This document shows positions 55,010-64,000 of a stretch of 64,000 nucleotides of DNA, piece by piece; within the stretch, counting starts at the first letter, position 1, and every line of letters starts with the position of its first letter. The notes beneath the pieces are model-generated. The model ran no database searches and was not told where the DNA came from. It saw only the letters and a list, made by a program, of their open reading frames with translations. A program made the translations under genes and the position numbers. This stretch comes from Octopus sinensis (Eukaryota): contig NC_043003.1 in the NCBI RefSeq assembly GCF_006345805.1, positions 79,794,001 through 79,858,000 on the forward strand, in the 5' to 3' direction.

Positions 55010-56205
55010 CGTCATTGAATTTTTGAATTTCTGAATTCAATTGTGTTGTTGCAATAAAAGGTATGTTTACGTATTTAGGTAATATATTCAAGTTTTTAAG
55101 TTTTCTTGAGATGTTCGTTTGTCTGTCTAGTTGGAAAATACAGTAGGACTTTTGCAATGAAAAGGATGTTTACATTTTCGAATACTCAGGGAGAGTGAAA
55201 AAGAAAAGAAAGCTAGTTGTAGATAGTAAAGTTTTAAGAATTACTAAATATGGTCTTTTGTATGACCGCAAAGAGAGAAATGGTTGTGTTCTTGCGTTCT
55301 TTCGAATACTCAGAGAGAAAGGAAAGGATAGGTATTCACACAGTAGTTGTAGATATTAAAGTTTTTTTTTTAAAGCTGATTGTTTGTGTGTTCGAAATCT
55401 GTAGGTATGTAAGTTTCCTAACTTATTTTATCTTGATGGAGATTTAAAATATTCACAGGAAATTGTAGATATTCCAGTCTTTGGGAATAGTAGGAGGAAG
55501 AGATATTCACCTTGCTGGATTTTTATTTTGAATTTCTGAATTTATTTTTCTTTTACCTCTCTTTTTAAAAGTTTTGCTGTGGTTTACAATTTTTTGTAGT
55601 TGTGCAGTATGTATATATTGGCAGGTGCTTACTTCCTTAATTTTTTTATCGTGCATTTGTGTTGTTACAATTTTTTATCGTGTATTTGTGTTGTTACATA
55701 TTCTGTAAAGGCATGTTTACATATTCTGTTAGTCAGGGAAGAATGAAAGTCAAAATGTTCACACAAAATTGGAGATATTAAAATTTCTAAATTTTTTGAG
55801 GTGTTCGTTTGTATGTCCGTTCAGAGAAAACTGTGGTGTTTTTTTTTTACAATAAAAAGAATGTTTACATTCTCGAATATTCAGGGAAAAAGGAACGAAA
55901 AGAAAAGGAAGGTAAACTTTTTTTACGGAAAATTGTAGATATGAAGTTTTTAAAATTTACTGGAGATGATGTTTTGTCTGTCCGAACAGGGAAAACTGTA
56001 GTGTTCTTGGAATAAAGAGGATGTTTACATTTTCGAATACTCAGGGGGAAAGGAAATGATAGGTATTTACAGAAGGTGTAGATATTAAAGGTTTTAAAGT
56101 TGATCGTTTATGTGTTCGAAAACTGTAGATATGTAAGTTCAATTAACTTATTTTGAGGGAAATTAAAAATACTCACAGGAAACTGTAGATTTTCCAGTCT
56201 TTTAG
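55010..56205. repeat. Degenerate hierarchical tandem repeat (~100-160-bp subunits within a ~720-bp duplication)
   Basis: Recurrent TGTTTACATTTTCGAATACTCAGGG and GTAGATATTAAAGTTTT motifs; 55340-55490 is clearly homologous to 56060-56205. Confidence 0.75.
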
Positions 56206-56322
56206 AGTTATTTTCCAGTTATCCTGCTGGGTTGTATTAGTGTTTCTGTGTCTTGAGCTGCTGATAAGTCAGCAGCGAAGAACAAGTCCACCCGCTGTCA
56301 CATCCAGCCGCTCTTATTATTA

Positions 56323-56686
56323 TCTCTCTCTATATAAAGGGCAAAATGTCTGTGTGCGTGTCCTTTATACAAATCCACAATTTTTCAGTTAGAGTGCTCG
56401 CACTTTCTATGGTCATTCAAAACCGTCCAAAGGTAGCCGTGCACAACTTTACATTCCCCCAGTCACCCCGCAAAGCTATTAAAAAAATCAATAAAAGTGA
56501 CGTTTTTGTGAATTGTGAATTTTCTAACCAAAACCCAATCAAAATGCATGAAACTTGATACGCCAATTGAATGCTAGCTAGCTGTATGTGATTGGTCGGA
56601 GATTTGGACAGTGTATGTGCGCACGCACGAAGCTGTATATGCATGCACTAGCACTATGACCCGGCAACGCTGGGTCATAGTGCTAC
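56323..56686 (+). mobile_element. Non-autonomous Helitron (364 bp)
   Basis: 5' TC, 3' CTAC, inserted at A|T; subterminal hairpin ..GACCCGGCAACGCTGGGTC.. Confidence 0.75.
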
Positions 56687-57168
56687 TTATTATTATTATT
56701 AGTTGTAGTAGTAGTTGTAGTAGAATTATTGGTAGTAGAATAAATTGTAATAGTTTCATTTGAAGCAGAGTGTAAGTGTGAAGTTGATGATGCTGACCCG
56801 TCAAGAAAAATATTTTGGAAGGTGTGTGAAAACAGTAAAACTTGTATGTGCAAAAGATTCAGCTATTTAATTTTACCTAAGGATTGCTGTCGTGGGAGAT
56901 CATTTGCCCAGAGTGCAATGTGATTAGAAATCTCAGGGTGCCATAACTCTCTGTAGGTGGTGTTTTCAATTTCTTTGTGGATGTTTCTATTTCTTTCATA
57001 TTCTTATACAGTTTTAATCTTCCTTTTTTTTGTTGTTGTTTCAATGTTGTAAATCGTTACTGTCACCCTTCCGTTTATTTAGTATATACACCACATATTT
57101 CTTCGTAACCATGTTGCAAAAACTTGTTTGTATGTATACGTGAAGCCTCAGTAGCCAATAAAGACTAT

Positions 57169-57200
<32 letters not shown>

Positions 57201-58371
57201 TATTATTATTATTATTATTATCATTATTATTATTATTATTATTGTTGTTGTTGTTGTTATTATTGTTATTATTATTGTTATTATTGGCGACAATGAGTAT
57301 GATGACGTTGTTATTACTTATTCCCATAAGCTATCAATTGGCTGTATCAAATGAAACACGAAGAGGTAGTTCATCTGTCATCCAAACTTCGTTCTTCAAA
57401 CTCCTGTGGGCAGGTTATTTTAGATGCCACTTCCTATCATTCGGTTATTGATTCGTTTATTATTGATCTGCTTCAGACTTCGCTATCGTCTCTACTTGAT
57501 ATCATGAAACCGTTTTAAACTAAGAACCTAATTGTAGAAAGATATATGATTTCAAATCACTAGCATTAATCACAACGTCTCGCTACACGGTCATCTTTCT
57601 TCCTCATATCACATTAGCGAATAATTCCATTCCCAAATGATATATTTCCATGGCATGACTCTTGCAGAGGCATTTCTTTCAGGATAAAGTTTAAAGGCTT
57701 TCATTTAAACTATTTTTTTCTTTGTTATATTTGTTTTTATTTTGTTCAGCTTTCTTTTATTTCATTACACACACTGAAGATATTCAAAATAATAATAATG
57801 ATAAAAAAACAACAACAACAAAAAAAACATAAAAGAATCAAAGCAAATGAATCGGAAAACAAGAAATCAAAGATAAAGATGAAAACAGTATAAGAGCATT
57901 TCTAAAATATCATTTCTCATTGGATTTGAAACAAATCTGTTCCGAATCTTTCATACGGCAGATAATTGTTAATATGAGCTTGTCTGGCGTAGATCGCCGG
58001 AGAACAAAACGTTAAGTTCAGATGACTTGCGTTGAACCGAGTTTGCAACGCGGTCTCGATTCCCGGTTGAAGTCTTATGGCATCATTATTATCACTATGG
58101 AGTCAGAAAAGGCTGAACAAGACCCGTATTATTTTGTAGGGCCTCTGAGACAGCTAGAACGAAGTGAAGAAGGGCTCACAGCGTGGGTTGCTGCTACAGG
58201 AAGCAGTACAACAAAATTACCAAATTGTTTTCAGGCTGCAGACATGATCCGAATGATTGCCGCTGAGTGCATTCAACTAAAGGCTGCCAAGGGCAGTGGT
58301 ATTAAACGGATGATGCATGAAATCTACTACGTAAATTTGCTCTTTAAATCCTCTTTGGGATATGTACTAAC

Positions 58372-58410
<39 letters not shown>

Positions 58411-58540
58411 TTAATATAAAATATTGGATGTTGTGTAACTAGCTAAAAAAGTAAAACGAGAGAGTTTACGCCTTATGACTTTTTGTAAATATTTTTGTTC
58501 TGGCTGGGAAGAAGGAACACGAAAGAAAATCACATTGGTT

Positions 58541-58544
<4 letters not shown>

Positions 58545-58608
<64 letters not shown>

Positions 58609-58760
58609 GAAGAAAAAGAGATAGATGTATAGATATATAGATAGAGAGTGGGAACAGAAAGAGAGAGAGAGAGAGAGAGAGAGAAAGGGGAGAGAAAGAG
58701 ATAGATGTATAGATATATAGATAGAGAGTGGGAACAGAAAGAGAGAGATATATAGAGAGA
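58545..58760. repeat. (GA)n tract with an ~80-bp duplicated block
   Basis: GAGAAAGGG..ATAGATGTATAGATATATAGATAGAGAGTGGGAACAGAAA at ~58601 and ~58681. Confidence 0.85.
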
Positions 58761-58939
58761 GATACAGATAACAAGAAATCAAGTAACTAGTTGTCGATTC
58801 ATATGTGCTTCTGCACATCGGTGTCTTCACGACCAATATATTTTGCTATTGAATGACCCAATTCACATACACCTAATGAGGTGGTACATCATAGTATCAA
58901 TAATTCAGTGTTGTATGCAACTGTAGAAATCAAACTTAC

Positions 58940-59072
58940 CTTGAGGGACCGTGTTCAACCTGTCCAAAAGACAAACAGGGTTCCATTGATCCTATCTAGA
59001 TTTTGTAAGAGCTTCTCCCATTCATTGATACCTCTCGTTATGATCGAGTCGCTTTTAGAACAGACAAACTGT
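58940..59072 (-). CDS. Candidate 133-nt exon A; possible start exon (ATG at 58986: MEPCLSFGQVEHGPS)
   Basis: Very strong acceptor tatttctcatttttag and perfect donor aag|gtaagt; non-repetitive sequence. Confidence 0.5.
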
Positions 59073-59414
59073 CTAAAAATGAGAAATACAAAGTAAAGTT
59101 GTTGTTTTATATTAATGCTATTAATGCATTTTCATATGAGAAGTTATATCGATATATTACTACCTATTCAGCTATGATAATTCAAGGGTAAAGATGGACA
59201 GGAATAAATGAGTAAAGATAGGACATGATACGCACATACATATACGCGTACGTACGTACGCGTATATGTATGTGCGTACACACACGTAGGCACACACTCA
59301 TATGTATATATAATTAATAACGATATATATATATATGTGTATATAATTGATATCAATATATATATATGTATATATAATTGATATCAATATATATATGTAT
59401 ATATAATTGATATC

Positions 59415-59478
<64 letters not shown>

Positions 59479-60379
59479 TATATATATATATATATTGTGA
59501 GAGAGAGAGAGAGTGAGAGATGAAGGAATGGAGAGTGTGAGAGAAAGACTAGTGCGTCTAGACATGTACTACTTTCTCGAAATAATTTTAGTACGTGGAT
59601 AGATAAGGTATACTACATTTATAAACAACATACCTATGTTATATAGCTTCTAAGAAGAATTAACATTTGGATATTTTCTTTTAATGGCAGCAATAATTCT
59701 TTCCACTCGACCATTATTTATCTCTTTTATCTGCAATTTGTCTTTTCCGAAATTGCCCTCCAATGCCTGTTATTTCTTTGGATTTATTCCATACTTTCAC
59801 TGCTTTAACTGTGTCTTGCTTGTTAGACGAGACAAACTAGCTCGGTTATACAAATCATCTATAGCAGCAATAATATATTGCTTCGATATAGCAAACATTA
59901 ATGATACAGTTTCCATTTACTTCCATAAAATATCAGAAGTTTTAGTTAAGGTCTCAGAAATTGTCTTATGAAAACCAGTTTGTAAACATCAAAAAGACAA
60001 AAAAAGTCAATAAAAGAAGCAGCAAGAATAACAATAATAGCCATAATGGCCACAACGACAACAACAACACCAATAATAATACTGTCAATTTCTTTTACTG
60101 GCTATAAGGACTCCAGAGTTTGGGCAGAATTCAAAACAAGATAGCACAAATAAGCAATAAAGATAATAAATCTTTTTTATATTAGCTACAAGGATTCGAA
60201 GAGATACCGAAAAATACAAGATAACGGGAAATAGGGGGCAAGCAAAAACGTTTGGAATGAGATAGAAAAGTTATATAAAGACTGAGGGACCGGTGAAATA
60301 GGTTATACAAGTATATAATGGGACGAGTTAAAAATTTAGAAAGCGAAAATTTACACGGAGATAAGCAAAAAAGGTTACG

Positions 60380-61800
60380 ATGAAACTCATAATGATTGAG
60401 ACAAAAGACATTTATATAAAATTCAAACCTTCAGTTGCGTTGAGCAGGGTACCCCACTTCCTTGATTTGTTTAGAATTCGAGATTCTAAAATCGTCCAAG
60501 TGAAAAACTATGACTTTTTGATCGCTGAAATATAATATTTCTCAAAGTGTATCTGAAATCTGAACTCATTTTCGGTCGTTTTTAAGCTGATCGATATGTG
60601 ATCTCATTTCCTTCTCGATCTGCACTTCATTTAGGTATTCTTTGTTCATACTGTATATATGTTGAATTAAAAATTCGTTATTCTTGCGCGAATGGCTGTG
60701 AATTTTCTTTCATGCATTTCGTGAGCTAGTAACATCTAGCAGTTCATTGGGTTCTCTTCATAAGATAAGAATGTTTTTCACCGAAAGAGATCTGCTCTCT
60801 TTTACATTTGTGAAAGATTTTCTTGCTTATTTTTCTATTGGGCTTCTCAAGCTTATTTTTAAAGGCAGATTTTCCCCATTAACCTCTGTTTGGTTCTCAT
60901 TCTCATAAGTAGATGTGCTCGAGCTGCCGTTACAGGTGATTCTTGTTCATTTCCTGTGCACTGCTGTTACTGTAATTGCTGCTGTGCTTGACCTTCCTTG
61001 TTTTATCCAATAGTAGCTGGGAGAAGGGGATTTTGAGTGACAAGCCTCCCTTCCAGTACCGAGGACCTACGAGTTGTGTCTGATGTTACTCCTTCTTTGA
61101 TTCTGTGCAGATGAGCTTTGCCTCCATATGTGTGGCAGCTGGGTCATCTGCTTCGGATGCTGAGTTTTAATGTCATTCTCTCAACATTTCTTTAGGTCAC
61201 CGTCCTGATATTGTTTTCGGATCTTGCTGATTCACTAGGACTTATATGTCCATAGTGTTCCCTCACTGTTACATATCTTCTAAATAGTTCATCAGTACTG
61301 GTCTCCTGTCCGTATTCTATAGTCAAAAATCAACAACGTTGTTACCGATACCCCCGATGTTGACTTTTTTGCTCCTCTTTCCAAAAATTATGGAACCAGC
61401 CTGCAAACTAGTTGTACTTGCACTTTTGCTCCGCTTTCTGTTTTAAAGATGAATTTTATAATACCGTATATTCTTTCTCGCTCAGTGTAGAATATTTCAC
61501 TTGGCATATCTCCCAGGATCGTCTCTAATTCCCGTTTGCATAAAATGTACTTGACCAGGAATAGGCAAGATGTGTTTATTTGTTCACAGCGTCTATGGTC
61601 AATTATGAAAGGTTGGCGCCAGTCCGATGAACAAAATTTTCTCAGCTTTGGATCTTCTTGCCAAATGTCCCTATTAATTGACCATTTGTTTAAAAGGACC
61701 CTAGCAATAAACATCATTACGCAGTTCGTGTTTACTCTTGAAACGATATGTGAATGCATATTGCTATTTTCAAGATTCTTACATGGTATAGTTAAAAAGT
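60380..61800 (-). other. Unidentified coding-like fossil, probably retroelement-derived
   Basis: Non-simple sequence with interrupted reading frames; no motif confidently recognised. Confidence 0.25.
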
Positions 61801-62949
61801 GTGTGTGTTTCTTTTAATTCATGCAAGTTATTGATGTTTGGCGTTGCAATTAAATTAACATTTTGTATTTTTGTACATTTCCTACCCGTGAAGTGTTTTA
61901 TTTTATACATTTTTCAGTCTTGCTTTTTTGGGGGCGTGATATGAAATGACAAGAGAGAAAACGAAATTAACGCAGAAATCTTTTTTTTTTCTTTTTTGTT
62001 AAATTCTGTAATTGTAGACTTCAATCAGTGCGAAGTTATCTGTATGCGAGTAATTTTTTGTAGTTAGAAACACGTAAAACTAATTAATCAAGTTAAATGT
62101 ATTTTTTTCTCGGTGTGAGCTGAGGCCTACATGCATCCACAGTAGATAATGGCTTCAAATTTTGGCACAAAGCTAGCAATTGTAGGGAGGTTTTAAGTTG
62201 ATTTCATCTGGTACTTATTTCATCGACCACGAAATTACGACAAAGTCAACGTCGGCGGAATTTGAACCCCAGACGTAAAGTTAAATGAAATGCCTCTAAG
62301 AATTTTGTCCGGCATTCTAATGATTCTACCATATCATCGTCTTAGCCGCAGTGAACAAGAGTTTAAAATTTCGACCCCGAATGGATGACAGGTAGCAGGA
62401 CATTTCCGGCAAATCGCCACCTTAGTTTATGAGTATGTTGCAAATTTTCCATCTTAACTATTTCTATGAATTATTGTCTCAAGATTGATTGTATCCAATG
62501 TTTACGGAGGACATCAAATTTGTTGCGATTACAAGCTAAAATGTATTACTGGATTAGAAAGTTGCTGGTTCCACAATAGACATGTCAAGTTCTAATTTCA
62601 CCTTGAAGTTGGCAGCGATCTAAGCCATGCAATTTGGGAAAGAACTCGGACAAAAATATCTACATTACAGCTGTAAATATTGCTTCCCAGGTTTGGAAGA
62701 CTGTCTACCGCAGATTATCAAATTCAGTTTAAATGTTGGATATAGTGATTAAAATGAGGGCATATCTTGGCTTTTCCTTAGCTGATACGAAGGCAATATT
62801 TATCAATCTCGAAAGGATGAAAGGCAAAGTCAACCACGGTGGAATTTGAACTCAGAACGCAAAGACGGACGAAATACTGCTGAGCGGTATTTCGCCCGGC
62901 TTGCTAGCGATTCTCCGAGCTCGTTACCTTAATAACAAGAATAAGAATA

Positions 62950-64000
62950 AGACAGACCTAGATTCTCTGATCCAGACAGTGAAAGTATTTGGTAAAGATA
63001 CTGGAATACAGGTTGCGGTAGATAAATGCTAAGTGCTAATTATGAAGTGAGGTCGGAAGGTAAATTCTGATGACATAAAATTACCTCAAGGCAGTATCAT
63101 TAGATCAGTAGTGAATAATTAGGGATATAAATACCTAGAAGTGCTGCAAGACGATAGGATAATGGAAGGAGAACTGAGGGAGAAAGTCACTAAAGAATAC
63201 AAGAGGTAAATTAGGAAGGTGCTCGAAATAAAATTAAATGGTGGGAACATCATTATAGCCACAAATTCATGGGTTATGTTAGTATTAAGATATTCTGCTC
63301 CATTTCTGAAGTGGATCATGGTTGAGCTGCATAACTTCAATAGAAGAGCTAGAAAGCTACTCAAAATGCGCACTCTTTTCCATCCTAAAAGTAATACTGA
63401 CTGACTCTACCAAAAAAGCAAGGTGGTAGGGGATTTCTAAGCGTAAAAGACACTGTTAGTACTGCGGTACTAGATCTGAAAAATTATGCTGTGCAGAGTA
63501 AAGAAGGAATACTTTCGGCAGCCGGAGACACTTAAAAAGTGATTGAAACAATAGAAGAATTCGTGTAGGAGAAATGAAGTACAATAGAACAAACAAATGC
63601 AAAGAAATGGAATTACACGGATAATTCATGCAACAAATCGAGAATGTTGGAAGTAAAGATCGTTGGGTTTGGTTGACGGGTGGGAACTTGAAACGAGAGA
63701 CAGAAACGCTTATAACCGGTCTGGAACAAGCCTTTAGAAAAAAAATCTGATGACAAAGTTAAATCACAGCAAATGTAGAATCTGCAGGAAAGGATACAAA
63801 AGTATTAATGACATTTTGAGTGAGTGCAGTATACTAGCACAAAACGAGTATAAGCACAGCCGTGACTGTGTAGGCAAAAGAGTGCATTGGTATGTCAGCC
63901 GAGTGTGTTGCTTCAAAACAATAAAAAAGTGGTATGAACATTCACCAGAGGCTGTAACAGAAACTGAGAATTACAAGATCATGTGAGATTTTTCCATAAA
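62950..64000 (+). mobile_element. R4/Dong-like LINE fragment (RT thumb to Zn knuckle), runs off the window
   Basis: IKLNGGNIIIATNSWVMLVLRYSA, FHPKSNTD, GGRG, CRICRKGYKSINDILSEC, KWYEHSPE. Confidence 0.9.

Noticed and set aside
56257-56276. GCTGCTGA-TAAG-TCAGCAGC hairpin as a possible ribozyme
   Set aside because: It lacks the hammerhead CUGANGA/GAAA arrangement.
58955-58957. In-frame TGA in the long frame of exon A (..GTLFVFWTG*TRSLK) as a possible selenocysteine codon
   Set aside because: It matches no selenoprotein motif I know (no CxxU/UxxC), no SECIS is visible, and a 38-codon open frame is not improbable by chance.

Overview
AT-rich, microsatellite-saturated eukaryotic DNA, most likely from an Octopus-type cephalopod (inferred from the SINE, LINE and microsatellite content). 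No intact long gene is present, and most six-frame ORFs are microsatellite or antisense artefacts. The window is mainly a transposon graveyard: several tRNA-derived SINE families, R4/Dong-like and L1/Tx1-like LINE fossils, Penelope-like fossils, three mariner elements, a decayed Helitron, a non-autonomous Helitron, a hAT MITE and Gypsy LTR remnants. A set of small, well-signalled minus-strand exon candidates suggests that most of the window is intron of an unidentified host gene. Most notable observations: (1) two ORF1-only (HAL1-like) retroposons, each bracketed by target-site duplications (TSDs), nested in a four-layer insertion at 47.4-50.9 kb; (2) a 3' tail they share with SINE-A; (3) SINE-A dimers and a trimer that all join at the same nucleotide in the tRNA-derived hairpin loop; (4) two inverted copies of a ~205-bp repeat carrying a minimal hammerhead-ribozyme core, flanking a Penelope fossil. 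All calls come from manual reading, with no database searches. The SINE names A/B/C/E are my own labels.
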